A program made the translations under genes and the position numbers. A stretch of DNA of 64,000 bases, taken from Felis catus. Taxonomy: Eukaryota. The stretch spans positions 97,838,001 to 97,902,000 of the forward strand of contig NC_058368.1 of assembly GCF_018350175.1 (NCBI RefSeq), in the 5' to 3' direction. Position 1 is the stretch's first letter, and the number at the start of each line of letters is the position of its first letter. The notes below the pieces were generated by a model that saw nothing but the letters and a program-made list of their open reading frames with translations, had not been told where the DNA came from and ran no database searches. Below are positions 27,656-40,696 of this stretch, one piece after another.

Positions 27656-27797
27656 CAGAGAGAGAGGGAGACACAGAATCTGAAGCAGGCTCCAGGCTCT
27701 AAGCTGTCAGCACAGAGACCGACAGGGGGCTCGAACACACAAACTGTGAGATCATGACCTGAGCTGAAGTTGGACACTCAACCGACTGAGCACCCCT
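27411..27797. mobile_element. Fused inverted Can-SINE pair (+ 27411-27598; - 27599-27797)
   Basis: Junction ctctgtctcaaaaaatgtttattttttagag, with no spacer. Confidence 0.9.
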
Positions 27798-28924
27798 ACC
27801 CTCGTAACAATTTTTAAGTGTAGAGTACTGTTAACTATGTGCACAATGTTGTATGGCAGATGTCCAGAAGTTTTTCACAGTAAGCCAATCTTGACAGGGA
27901 AGAGTAAGTGGGGTAACATTCCCTGGGCAGATATTAAGACAGACTCCAGAGCCATAGTAATTAAGCCAGTGTGATACTGGTACAAGGACAGACCAACCAA
28001 TGCGATAGGAGGAACAGCTTAAAACAGACTCATACACTGATTGGAAGGTGATATAATATGAAGGTTGCACCCTAAGTCAACGGGGGAAAGGAAGGGCTGT
28101 GTAATAGATGCTACTGGAAAATGAGGCTCATTCTATGGAAAAAATAACACTGACCTTGTCATCACACCACACAAAATGGTAGCTTCCGGATGAATAAAAA
28201 ATCTAAATAGGAGAGCTGAAATGATACAGTTGTTTGAAGAAAAGGTAGGAGAATTTGTTGTGACCTTAGGTAGGGAAGGATTTATTAAGTAAAGCTTCAG
28301 ATGTAAAATCCATACCAAAAAAAGTTGATTTTCAGGACATCTGGGAAATGTTATTACAAAGATCAGAATAGACTAGAAATAAAGCGGTGAATGCCCACAA
28401 GGGATTGATACCTAGAACACAGAGAATGCCTGCAAATTAACAGGAAAAAGATACAAACTCTAGTGGAAAATGGCAAAGTATTACAGGAAAGAAAAATTTC
28501 CAGAATACCTGCAAAATTCTACAAGGACATACGCAAAGAAAAGAATATATATGGTTATCTTTGAAGAGGAAGAGAAGAGTGGGATTTAAAACCATATACA
28601 TGTGAATAAACGGTAAAAAGGATTCATTTAGATAAGTAGGTGAGGAGACTTTTCGGACTAGTGAACGGAGTGTCACCAAGGGAGAAGCATGATAAACTGA
28701 GTCTTCTCTGAAGGAGACTCAAAAAGAAAAAAGAGAGTTGCAGATACCTGTTCCTTTAAACGTCAAGCCTACCCCACCTGCCTGGTTTTATTCCTTGAAA
28801 TCATGTAAACACCTTCCCTTTAGATCATCGGGTAGCCTCAGAGGCTGCCTTGATTACTGGAAGGAATGGATATAGGGCACCTGGCAAAGAGCATAAACTC
28901 AAATGTGAGTTTCCTTTTGCCATT

Positions 28925-29130
28925 TTATTTACTTATTTTTTATTTTATTTTATTTTTTTATTTTAGAGAGAGAGCAATGGGTGAGCGGGGGAGAGGAGCA
29001 GAGGGAGGGAGAAAGACACAGAGAATCTTATGCAGGCTCCATGCAGAGCCCGACGCACGGCTCGCTCCCATGATTGTGAGATGCTGACCTGAGCGGAAAT
29101 CAAGAGTTGGAGGCTCTGAGCAACCCGGCC
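28925..29130 (-). mobile_element. Can-SINE
   Basis: Reverse-complement body. Confidence 0.85.
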
Positions 29131-29789
29131 CCTTCTCTTGGCATTTTAATGTTGTCTTTTTCAGTGGCTTTTCTGCCAACACTTCTTGACTGAAGACCTT
29201 TAAAAATCGATCACCATCGGGGTCTTTCTCTTCTGTTTTCCTCCATCTATTTTGAAGGATGGTCACGATAGGGCTCTACTACAGGTGTGTCTCCTGAGTG
29301 CCCTTTTTTCTGGGGATCACACGTCTATGAACGCAGCCTGGGACAGCATGAGCAAAGTGGACAGCTACGTCCCCCTGATGATTCATATCAAGATCCTGCC
29401 CCCACCCCTCCATCGCTGTGCTGGACGTCCATCCCGGAAGTCATGCTGCTAAAACCCTTTCTCCCCCATCTTCTCCTCTCACAGGTGTTTCTTTGATTAA
29501 GTAAAAGACAGGATGCAGATCCATGTTGGGTTTTATTTTGTGAAATTTGGCCTCACCTTTGCCTTCGGCTTGTCAGTTGTGCTCTCACAGAAGTTCCTCT
29601 GGGTTTGTACCCTTCCCGAATTCCATATATGTGTTGTGCGGATTTCCGTGGCCCTTGTGAGCAGAGCGAGCAAGGACAAATTGGTGGATGTTATGGAAAG
29701 GGAGGTTGAGCCTCAAGGTAAGGAAAAGCCTTTAAAAATCAGAACGGTCTCAACATGGAATGGATTTCCATGGAAGGTTAGGGAATTTC

Positions 29790-30018
29790 CTTTAAAAATT
29801 TTTAAAAAATATTTATTTTTGAGAGAGAGAGAGAGAGAGAGAGAGAGCTAGCGCGTGACAGGGATGGGCAGAGAGAGAGGGAGACACAGAATCTGAAGCA
29901 GGCTCCAGGTTCCGAGCTGTCAGCACAGAGCCCAATGCCGGGCTCGAACTCATGAACTATGAGATCATGCCCTGAGCTAAAGTCAGTTGCTCAACTGACT
30001 GAGCCACCCAGGTGCCCC
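29790..30018 (-). mobile_element. Can-SINE inserted in an L3/CR1-like remnant
   Basis: TSD aggttagggaatttc on both sides. Confidence 0.9.
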
Positions 30019-30109
30019 AGGTTAGGGAATTTCTTGTCACAAGAGGTGTGTCAGATATGCCTGCTTGATCAAGCTGTGGATGGTGGAGTCCAGGGACCGT
30101 GGACCCTCC

Positions 30110-30275
30110 TGACACATTAGCATCATCTGGAGAGGTTTTGGTACCCTCCCCCCAGTGCTTGCCCCCTGCCCTCAGATATTCTTATGTAATTGGTTTGGCA
30201 TGGGAGTAGACATCACTTTTTTTTTCCACCAAGCTCTCTGGGTGATTCCAATGTGCCCCGTAGCTGAGAGCATCT
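30110..30275. mobile_element. MER5B-like MITE
   Basis: cacattagcatcatctggagag ... aagctctctgggtgattccaatgtgc. Confidence 0.6.
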
Positions 30276-30290
30276 TAAAAAAAAAAAAAG

Positions 30291-30465
30291 AGGGGTGTCT
30301 GGGTGGCTCAGTTGGATAAGTGTCTGACTTAGGCTCAGGTCATGATTTCATGATTCATGAGTTCAAGCCCCGGAGTCTGCTTGGGAGTCTCTTTCTGCCT
30401 CTGCTTTTCTGTCCCTCTCTCTCTCTCACAATAAAGAAGTAAATAAAACATAAAAAAAAAAAAAT
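30291..30465 (+). mobile_element. Can-SINE
   Basis: Head, body and A tail. Confidence 0.88.
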
Positions 30466-33360
30466 GAAAGGGAATTTCAGGTTAGGGAGTTTGGGTTTAA
30501 CAACAGAAAGTTCTTCTCTGACGTGATAGTATTTTAAGTTCCTATTTGGTATGAGGATTGTGCTCAGGTGCTTTTTGAGGCCAACTTGCTCTTCCTCACC
30601 TGTTTTCCTTCATCTGGGCTGTGTCCCGAGGCCACCTGGAGCTGTCTTTGTGGAAGGAGGGAGCTTGCCACTCTTGAGGCTGCTCTGACTTGGGCCGCTG
30701 GTTTTCACTCCCTTGGGGACCGATGGCCTGAAAGTGCCCTCTTACCTTCCCGCACTGGAAATCACAGCACTCTCTCCGAAGGGACAATTTTCTGTGGAAT
30801 TGGCTATTTAACTAGCAGCTCGAGATTGAAGAAAACACATTTCACTGTGGAAAGGCCAACGACAGTAGGCGTGAGTGTACAATTTTCTTTTTTGGGGGTG
30901 CATATGCGGAACGGGTTTAGTAAATCCCAGATTCCCGTTTTCTTAGGCCATTGGAAAAGACATTAAGGCATGACGACAAGGTCCTCCATCTGGGGGCACC
31001 TGTTAATTATTTGCAACCTGCAAGGACGAAGATAAGTTTGGGAAGAGAAGGAGGGTGAGGGCAGACAGGGTGAGAAATCGGCCGCAGAACCCCAGCTTGT
31101 AATGGGAGTTATCACCTCAAGTCCCCTCCCAAGAGTTTGCCTCCTGTTTTTCTGCAGAGAACTTAGCATGAAATTTCATTTCTCCGATGCTCCTTCCCCT
31201 CTGTCCTTTTCAACTCACTGTCTGTTCTGTCTTTTCAGCTCCCCTGTAGGTAGGCTGGCTTTGCTGTGACACGGCGCCATTTTATAGAGTTAATTCTTCT
31301 CTTGCCTGCTTTCAGGAAAAAGATCAGGGCTTGACATTATAACAGGACTCTTTAAATGCCTGGGAGGGGGTAAGGTTCACTAAAATAAAATCAGCTGCTT
31401 GGACGTGAGTAGCAACAAGTCTCACTCCCAAACCTTAACCTTCCTACCATTAAAATGTTAAATGTAAACAAGATGGACCCTGACGTTACCTTAAATACAT
31501 GCCTTCCTTAAAAACAAAACAGAACAAACCTAATTTTCAGGTAAATTTTCCCAGCTGGTTTCATAGGTTTCTCTTCTTAACCTGATTAAGTGGCCATATA
31601 TTCCTTCCTCAATCCTTGGTGGAGTGTGGTGAGGTGCATGGGAATGAAAAATTCACCGTGTGAAGAAAATTCTGTTACCTTGTTGGTGAGCGAGCCAACC
31701 TTTGCTGGGTTGGCTTTAGTGAGCCATGGCCGAAAGTGACGCTCTCCACTTAGCCCCCCCCCCCCCCATTGCCCTCCTGGAGCCACAGTGACTGGGTCAC
31801 ACGTGGCTGGAGCTGTAGATGAGGAGGAGGGGAATCTGAAGGATGGGAGCAGGCGCTTCTTATTCATGGAATGAAACCCTGTCTTTCTAAGAGAACAAAA
31901 GCCAGTTTATGTTAGTATGGATTGCTTTTTAATTCATATGATTTTAGGGAGGATGACAAAAATGCTCACACAAAACAAGAAATGCTAGGCTCTTCAGAAC
32001 TTCTGGGTGGTGTGCAGTGCCCAGAAGCTTCTAGAGAACAAAACACAGTAATGGTTGTAAGGGAGGGTAGGTGAGGGGGTGTCAGCTTTGGCCTTGATCT
32101 ACTCAGAGGTTTTGCTTTAGAAGTCTGGTTCCTGAAAGGTCTAGGGATGGATAAATGCTGTGGCTCCAGGAAGGTCTTAGCAGTTCTGGGCTCCCTTATG
32201 AATCATTTGCTTGACTATAAGAAGTAGGCATAAAGAATTTGCTAATCAAGAGTCAGTGCCCTGTGGCCTGGTGGACATTGACAATGTTGGCATGATCCAT
32301 GTAACAGATAAAACACCTCCATTTGAAGCTTCTGGAAGGCTTTCCTCATTGGAGGGTGCAGGCACCACCATTACCTGGAGATTCTTCGAAGCAGGAGGAA
32401 ACGTGGTGTCCAGAAAGAGGTCCTCAGACTACCAAAGCTCCCTACCCTCTGGGTCCCGGCTGCCTGAGCCTTTTGGTTCAATTTGAAAACTAAGCCCCCA
32501 CCATAATTAGCTCCTGATGAGTAAGTGGAGGCTGTTGAGAACCGTGTTAGGGGATGTGATGCAAATGAGTTTTAATAATTAGGTAAATTTGAACTATTTT
32601 GATTCAACTCAGATGATCCCAGAACTGTCTGATGAAGAAAGACACAGTGAATGTAAATGGTGCCTTGGTGTATATACGCCTGATATCCTTTACATACATA
32701 TGAGTGTCCATCTTTATATGCAGATCATTGATCTTTTCTAGCTCTTGTTATCATCAGTTTAAGCAATCCCTCCACTTAGGTTTTTATTTTCATGTGACCT
32801 GAAAATGAAAAGAAAAATGTGGATGCCCTCCCAATAATGTTCTTGGAACAATCTGATTCTGAGTGGCTGCCTCCTGGAGGATTTCCCTGGGACTGTTCCT
32901 CCTGGCCTTCCCCTATCCCCCTGCTAGAGGTTTCCACACGGCGGGCCCACCTCCAGCATCTCAGCCCTGGTGGGTACCCTTGTTTTCAGACGGCTATGGC
33001 ACTATCAGGAGATTCTGTTCTTCTTCTAGGAAATGTTACAGCTTTCCCCAGAGCTGTGTCCTATAACTACAGAGACCACAGGGCCTGTGGGGAAATATTT
33101 TCACTTTGTTTTAGCTGAACACAGGATAGTTGGAGCAAAACTGAAACTGCTACTGAGAAAGAAGAAAAGCATGGCTATTCCGTGGGCAACCAGTTGTTTC
33201 TGTCCCACTTCATTTTCATTTCTGGAAAAATCTTGAGTTTATGAAAGTAAAGTGCCTGTTGATAATACAGACAGTAATCTGGTCCCCAAGGCAAAGATGG
33301 TTTCAATATCTCCCAAGACCTCTCAAAGCAACCACACAAACCAATGATGGTTTTGCATCA

Positions 33361-33363
<3 letters not shown>

Positions 33364-33405
<42 letters not shown>

Positions 33406-33428
33406 CATATACATATATATATATATAT
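33364..33428. repeat. (TG)n(TA)n microsatellite
   Basis: Seen directly. Confidence 0.95.
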
Positions 33429-34476
33429 TTTTTTTTTTTTTTAACACGACTGATCTTCTGCCCTTTGGTCTAGTTTGGGGAGAAGTTTGTACCCCTGGAA
33501 AGGAAATGAAAGGAAAAAAAAGATGAGGCTCTATTAGTAACTACTGTATCCCTGTGAATGGAATCTCTTGGTTTGAACCAGTGTCACCGTTTAACAGATA
33601 AGGAAATTGAAGCTTAGAGAGATTAAGCCCTTTTGCTGCAGGTGTTTGTTGAGTACCTGTAAGTGCACATTCTAAGTGTTTGGGACTCATTCATTAGTGA
33701 AGAAAACAGGGTTTTCTGGCTCAGGGGCCAAGTTCCCACCTGCAGCCACAGAATGGAGACTGGAAGGCAAGTGTCTTAAATGCACTTTGCCACATTGCTT
33801 AGGGCCAAAAGGACTGGACCTTTAAGGTTATTTGAAATTAAAGTTAAAAAAAAAATACTGTGATGCAAAACCATCATTGGTTTGTGTGGTTGCTTTGAGA
33901 GGTGTTGGGAGATACTGAAACCGTCTTTACTTTGGGGACCTGATTGACCTCCAGGTCAAAAGACAATTTGGTAATACCTGCTGACTACCTTCCAGTTCCC
34001 ATCCACCCAACTTTGGCTTTTTTTCCTTTTATTTTCTTTCTTCTTTTTTTTTTTAATCTCCTCTCAGTTTTTTTTTTTTTTAAGTCCTGTAAATGAGAGG
34101 GTTCAAGAGAAGACAGAGTAAGTCTCCTTCCAAATAATACTTGAAAGGGAAATAACCCATTTGGATGAAAACAGGTAGGTATCCAGTTAATAGGGATTTG
34201 CCTTGTGTGGACAAGTTGTTTTGAAAAAAAATCTGGAAAAAGCAATAGGAACTATTTTGAAAAACCGTATCTACATGTTCATAACAAAAAATTTTATTCT
34301 TTACTTTCATTTTGGAAAAATATATTTTTTCTAACGATGCTGCCATTAATAAAAACCCTTTGGAATTCCTCCTATCCTACTGATTTAAAAACCACTTCAT
34401 AAGTGACAAGAGAAATGTCATGTCATTACATCATATGGAGACTCCCATGGAGCAAAATACCATTTCTTGGAAGGAC

Positions 34477-34693
34477 CATTTGCCTTATTTTCCAGACGCA
34501 GCTCTGAATGTCTTTGTCTACTCTCCAAATCAAATCTACCCATAATTGCTGAAAATTTCTCACCACTGAGGAAATTTAAAAGTATATGTCACAAACTAAA
34601 GGCAATTTTAAAAGAGGTGTTCCAAAATATTTTGAGGAATGGCAGCATTATCGGATAAAAGGCATAGATTCTCAAGGTGCCTACTTGGAGAAA
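34477..34693 (+). mobile_element. Mariner transposase C-terminal fossil (MARNA-like)
   Basis: Frameshifted translation HLPYFPDAALNVF...LKAILKEVFQ/YFEEWQHYRIKGIDSQGAYLEK resembles mariner HPPYSPDLAPxDF...LKAIPKEEFQKCFEQWxHRWxKCIASQGDYFEG. Confidence 0.75.
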
Positions 34694-35244
34694 GCCTAAC
34701 TCTTTATTTTGGCAGGTATTGAACCACCTGCCTCATGAATAGTTCATATACATATTCAGGCATCTTTCCTCACCACATCTAAGCAAAGATTTTGGATGTC
34801 AAAATTTGGAATAGTGGTGACCTATATCCCATTATTTTAAATGGGAAAGATTGTAAAGCATTTCCAACCCACTCAAAACAGTTTGCTCCCAAATCACTAA
34901 ATCACTCTTACATCCTTCTACAACAAAGTGAAGTTTTCTGGAACCAACTACAACTTCAAATATCTTTCAAAGTTTTCACACATAGAAAAAAAAATCATAG
35001 TCTTGGCAGAGGGGAACAATGCATGACCAAACTTCTGTCTTCTCACTTTTCCCTTCTAAATTTTGGGTTTTTCCATCCTTCTTAGATGTACCTACTTCCT
35101 TCACAAGTTTTTCTATCTTTCTACTCTTTGGGTAGATTTTTCCCTTAGTAAGGTGAGGGAAGTGACGGTGGTAATACACAACACTTTTGATCGAAGAGTA
35201 TACAGGTCTGTCTGGAGAACAGCCAGAGGGGACTTTTCTATTGC

Positions 35245-35263
35245 TATTTTATTTTATTTGAAA

Positions 35264-35298
<35 letters not shown>

Positions 35299-35490
35299 GT
35301 ATCAAGTGGGAGAGAGACAAAGAAAGAAAAAGAATCCTAAGCAGTAAGCAGGCTCATACTCAGTCCAGAGCCTGACATGGGTTTGGGGGGGAGGGGGGAT
35401 GTGAAGGACTCATTCCCACAAGTCTGGGATCTTGACCCGAGCCAAAATCACAAGTGTGACCCTCAATGGACTGAGTCATCCAGGATCCCC
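35245..35490 (-). mobile_element. Old Can-SINE with (CA)n
   Basis: Diverged reverse-complement body. Confidence 0.8.
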
Positions 35491-35619
35491 ATTAAAGTAG
35501 ATATTCTGATGCTAAGTGTTCAGCAGATGAGGAAACCTGTGTAAAGTAGCTTGTGTTTCTACTTGTCTCATACATGGTAACTAACTTACTAGTACACCAA
35601 ACATGTATTTAAAAACAAT

Positions 35620-35828
35620 TTTTTTTAACATTTACTTATTTTTGAGACAAAGAGAGACAGAGCATGAGCAGGGGAGGGACAGAGAGAGAGGCAGACACAG
35701 AATCTGAAGCAGGTGCCAGGCTCTGAGCTGTCAGCACAGAGCCCAACTCAGGGCTCAAACTTGTCAACCACGAGATCATGACCTGAGCCAAAGTCCGAAG
35801 CTCCACCAACTGAGCCACCTAGGTGCCT
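35620..35828 (-). mobile_element. Can-SINE
   Basis: Reverse-complement body. Confidence 0.9.
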
Positions 35829-36111
35829 CTCAGACATGTTTTATACTACAGGAAAATCTCAGTATTTCTTTGAAATTCATGATTGAAGTTTTTGTTTTGG
35901 CATCTTGAAAGAATTATCTAAGTGGCATTTGCCACCTAATTCATATAACTTTTGTTTTGTTTTTGGATCCATACTCTGTTTTTTGTGTGTTTTTATTTGT
36001 TTTGCTAAGCCTGCTCTTTGTTGGATGAAGGAGATAGTTTCTCTGGAGGTCAACTGACCCCCCCAAACATGACTTGTGACTTATCTTTAATTTAGAGTAA
36101 TTCATTCCATG

Positions 36112-36370
36112 AGTATTTCTCAGGTTGGTATTTCTTGAAACAACATTCTGGGAATGTGTTCTGAAAAAATGTTTCATTGTATAGTAAGTATGGAGACATG
36201 GGTCCCTTCACTTCTTTAGAGATTCACAATTTATAAGAATACACTAATGACAGAAGTCTTGTAGGGAAAACAAAAACTTTTAATTAAATTTTTTCTAATA
36301 ACACGTCTCATTTTTTTTTAAATGAAACATCTTTTAATATCTGGCAGAACACCAGTTTGGGAGACGTTCC
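36112..36370. mobile_element. MER103-like hAT element
   Basis: gagattcacaat...agaagtcttgtagggaaaac...gcagaacaccagtttgggagacg. Confidence 0.55.
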
Positions 36371-37329
36371 ATTAAATCTATTATTTATTTCTATCACAGA
36401 TGGAAGAGGCTTCTCTGAACTTTGATGGAGTTAAGAAATGTCATACAGTTCTACAGCTGCATTTCCCAGCTCTTAAAAATATCCTAAAGAAACAAATTCT
36501 AATGCTAGACATCAGAATTTCGCAAGGGCAAAATGATGTATAAGTTGGCAAGATGTTACGCTCTAATAATTAAAAGGTTTTTCCATGTTAAGCACTGATC
36601 ATTTTCAGAAAAGGCTAAGAAGGATTTGTTTTGAATTCTAATGAAAATTAAAGAATGTAATTACAGTATGCCCCAAATGTGTTTCAATTATGAATAATTT
36701 CTCCAGGGATATTATATACACGTAGTATTCAATGCATTCCTTCAAAATCATATTTACCACTGTTGTGAGAAGGGAGAGATCTTTACAGTAATAATATGAG
36801 TGTTACTTTACATTAAATGCAGCCAATTTTGAATTGGTAATTAGAGTCAGATTAGTGTACTAGGAGCAGATAGAATGGAAACTTCTGGAAATGAAGACTA
36901 AAGACCGCCATGGAAGCTGGTCTTCCCTTCTGGGCTTTCTGTGCAGCATCACAATCCTTCCTCCCAATCCCCACTCTTCCCCCACCCTTCCATGCTATGT
37001 GCCCTTTGTATGTGCATTGACAAACTGTTCAAAGCTTAACTTTTGTCAGAGATACCGCCCCCTCCATGAAGTCTTCTCTGATGTCCTCCAAGTGCCTGTT
37101 ATTTCTCTCTGTCTCTAGACCCATTATACTGGAAAAGTTACGTCTGTATTTTATTGTTTACATTCAACCTTGATTATGATATTTGTGTTCTTGTCAACAC
37201 CCTGTCATGCAACCCACAGCCCATCTAGAAACTGTGTTTGCATTTCTTTGATTTGGACAATGTGCAGCTGGTGTCCAATATTTGTAAGTTGAATAGTGGG
37301 GGAAAAAAAAACTCCTCCAAAGCCAAGTA

Positions 37330-37557
37330 CTTTTTTTTTTTTTTTACTGTTTGTTTGTTTGTTTATTTATTTTGAGAGAGAGAGAAACAGAGTGTGAACA
37401 GGGGAGGGGCAGAGAAAGAGGGAGACCCAGAGTCTGAAGCAGGCAGGCTCTGAGCTGTCAGTGCAGAGCCCAATACAGGGCTCAAACTCATGAACTGTGA
37501 GATCATGACTTGGGCTGAAGTCAGACACTTAACCAACTGAGCCACCCAGGCACCCCC
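37330..37557 (-). mobile_element. Can-SINE
   Basis: TSD ccaagtactt. Confidence 0.9.
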
Positions 37558-37812
37558 AAGTACTTCTTATAAGTATCCTTATACCGAGAGTTATCAGTAA
37601 AAACAAAATGGGTGTCTGAGGACTGTCACCTCAGTGTTTCATGTTGGCCTTTTGTGTTAATGGTCTCACCAGGATGCCAGTTTGTACCCAAGAAGCACTT
37701 GGATATAAGTGGATACAAGTGTGTTATTTCATTATTATGTCTTTTAGAGGCAACACAAACTTAACCAGCAGAATATTTTTTAGTATTTCTGTTGCATAAA
37801 CTGCTTTTTAAA

Positions 37813-38050
37813 AAAAATATAATGTTGAATTGGCTAAAGTGTGTATATTGTGCTCTTGGTTTTGGGGATAGATTTCTGTGATTCTTCGCTTACATACAAC
37901 ACCCAGAGCTCATCCCAACAAGTGCCCTCCTCAGTGCCCATCACCCATTTTCCCATCCACCCTCATTGTTCTTTGTATTTGAGAGTCTCTTATTGTTTGC
38001 CTCCCTCCCTCTCTGTAGCTATTTTTACCCCCTTCCCTCCCCCCTCATAG
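37813..38050 (-). mobile_element. Short carnivore L1 3' end
   Basis: acacccagagctcatcccaacaagtgccctcc motif; TSD actgctttttaaa at 37800-37812 and 38051-38063. Confidence 0.85.
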
Positions 38051-38090
38051 ACTGCTTTTTTAAATGTGTTATTATTTTAGAGTGTGTGAA

Positions 38091-38385
38091 TTTTTTCCTT
38101 CCTTCCTTCCTTCCTTCCTTCCTTCCTTCCTTCCTCCCTCCCTCCCTCCCTCCCTCCCTCCCTCCCTCCCTCCCTTCCTTCCTTCCTTCCTTCCTTCCTT
38201 CCTTCCTTCCTTCCTTCCTTCCGAGAGCACATGTGAGTTGGGAAGAGGGAGGGAAAGAGAATCTTAAGTAGGTCCCATGCTCAGTGCTGAGCCTGATGTG
38301 GGGCTTGGTCCCACCACCCTGGAATCATGACATGAGCTGAAATTAAGAGTCAAACACCCAACTGACTGAGCCACCCAGGCTCTCC
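38091..38385 (-). mobile_element. Can-SINE whose tail is a (CCTT)n(CCCT)n(CCTT)n array (38095-38222)
   Basis: Seen directly; degenerate TSD tagagtgtRtgaRtt. Confidence 0.88.
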
Positions 38386-38619
38386 TAGAGTGTATGAGTT
38401 CTTGGCACCTGTCTGGATTAAACAAATAAACAAGAACTAAAGATGTTATGAAATAACATTTATAAGGTCCATTACATCTTGACTTTGAGCAATTGCCTCA
38501 TTACCTTAAGTTCAAAGCAAATTCACAGCATTCCATGTAATAATGATTTACATTTGTCTGTGATTGGAGCTTTATAAGGTGCTTTCATCTGTAGCATTCA
38601 ATCAGTCAACTAGTTGATT

Positions 38620-38880
38620 AACATGTCAGTCCTTCAACAGACATTTTATTAGAACCCATTGTGTAGCAAACATTGGCCCTCCTGATTTGGGGATTCCTAA
38701 AATAAATAAGGCAAGTTTTTAATCTGGTGGGGGAGAGAGAAATATAAACCAGGAAATGAGCTCGAAGGTTGTGTCTGAAGTTGGTACACATCAGAGAAGG
38801 GACACAAGGTGGGGAGTGGGTGGTTCTCACTAAGGGAAGGACAGTCTACAGGAGAGCATTTGTAGAGGAGGTGTCATTGA
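38620..38880 (-). mobile_element. L2 3' end remnant
   Basis: ttcaacagacattttattagaacccattgtgtagcaaacattggcc. Confidence 0.55.
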
Positions 38881-39902
38881 GTGAAGTCCTATTTGATTCT
38901 TACTAGTGTCATTATTGGCCACGTTTTACAGAGGACAATCAGACTCAGAGGGGTGAAGCGTCTTCTCCCAGGTGACCCTGCTCTTAAGATTTCAAAAGTC
39001 TGTTGTCTCAACCCAAAATGTCTCCCCTGTATCCCACACAGTTCCTGGAATGTGAATGTCATGCTCTAGCAGAAACAAGACAGAGAAGTTGAGGCCAGAG
39101 AACCTGAAATAGAGGATTCTATCCGCTTATTCTATTAGAATATCTGCTTATTATAATGGAGCCTGGTTCCCAGAGTAACTAGAAAAACAACTCGATTGAA
39201 AATGTTATTCATCCATAAAAAGAAGAGAGAAAGACAAACCCAAAGACAAAGTTGACAGCTGGGAACAGTGGTTTTGCTAACATTTACAGGCCTGTGGGAT
39301 TTCTCAGTTGCATAGAGTATTAAGGAAAGTTACTTGAAAAATATTCAAATTACTTTGACATCATTCCCCCTGGGCAATGGGAAACTCATTTTGGGAGGTT
39401 GGGTTTCTGTTAATGTTAACACGAAACTTTGGGGGAAATAGATTTTAAAAGGATGACCCACTTCTGCTGTCACCATGCACAGATTCCAATGTATTTTCTT
39501 ACTCTCTTCACTAAAATCCAATAGTTGTGTTCATGGGAAGGATGCTTCTGTTTAGTCACACTTTGGGTGAGTGTGGCTACATTTCTCTAGGTTGGGGACA
39601 TATTGATTGATGAAGTGCCTTAAGGAAACATCCATGTGCATTTAAGATACCAGGGACAAAAGCAACTTGGTATTGGCACAATAAACTTTTTAGTTTATTG
39701 GGAGGAAGCTTAATATTGGATGTTAGAACGAAGTGTCACTCCTAGATTTAATACGAGCTAAAACTGCCCAGAAAGGGCAAGGATTTGATATTCATTCTCT
39801 TTGCCGTGAACTTCAGGAAATCACATGGGAATTATGAGCCAGAGTGTTATGTTTTATAAATTGTTAAACTGTAATATCACAGTTTGGGAAGCAGGTATTT
39901 TA

Positions 39903-40288
39903 TTTTATTATTTATTTATTTAATATAATTTATTGTCAAATTGGCTAACATACAGTGTGTAAAGTGTGCTCTTGGTTTTTTGGGGTAGATTCCCATGGTT
40001 CATCGCTTACATGCAACACCCAGTGCTCATCCCAACAAGTGCCCTCCTCAGTGCCCATCACCCACTTTCCCCTCTCCCCCACCCCCCCATCAACCCTCAG
40101 TTTGTTCTCTGTATTTAAGAGTCTCTTATAATTTGTCTCCCTCCCTCTCTGTTTGTAACTATATATATATATATTTTTTTTCCCTTCCCTTCCCCACAAT
40201 CTTCTGTTAAGCTTCTCAAGATCCACATATGAGTGAAAACATATGGTATCTGTTTTTCTCTGACTGACTTATTTCACTCAGCATAATA
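39903..40288 (-). mobile_element. 5'-truncated carnivore L1 3'UTR
   Basis: Perfect 18-bp TSD tgggaagcaggtatttta at 39885-39902 and 40289-40306. Confidence 0.95.
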
Positions 40289-40529
40289 TGGGAAGCAGGT
40301 ATTTTAACTTACCTCTTATGCCAATGGACAAGACAGCCCCTTATTATTTATGATCCTTTATGGGTTAAAAAACAATGTTTCATATGATCTCTTTTGGCCC
40401 TCATAAGTCTGTGAGTTGTTGTTGTTTTAATTCATGAAGAAACTGAGGCCCGGACATTTTAAACCTAAAGCTCTAGCTAATAATAATGAATATTTTTGTT
40501 ATCCTCTGGACCAGAGTTGCTTAGTTCTG

Positions 40530-40696
40530 TTAAAAAAAAAGATAAAAGAGAGAGAGGGAGAGAGATAATTCCAAGCAAGCTGCACACTGTCAGTGCACAG
40601 CCTGATGCAGGACTTGAACCCATGAACAATGAGTTCACGACCTGGGCTGAAACCAAGAGTCAGACACTTAACCCACTGGGTCACTCAGGTGCCCCC
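40530..40696 (-). mobile_element. Can-SINE
   Basis: Reverse-complement body. Confidence 0.85.

Larger units (their letters stand above)
25565..28500 (+). mobile_element. Ancient fragmented L1M ORF2 region (pieces at about 25565-25830, 27110-27395, 27875-28500) with younger inserts
   Basis: Degenerate L1 ORF2 motifs in the expected order: agatgaaatggatatgttccttgaaaaacataa; atctaggaattaactta; aaatggagagacatttcatg; gtgtgatactggtacaaggacagac. Confidence 0.7.
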
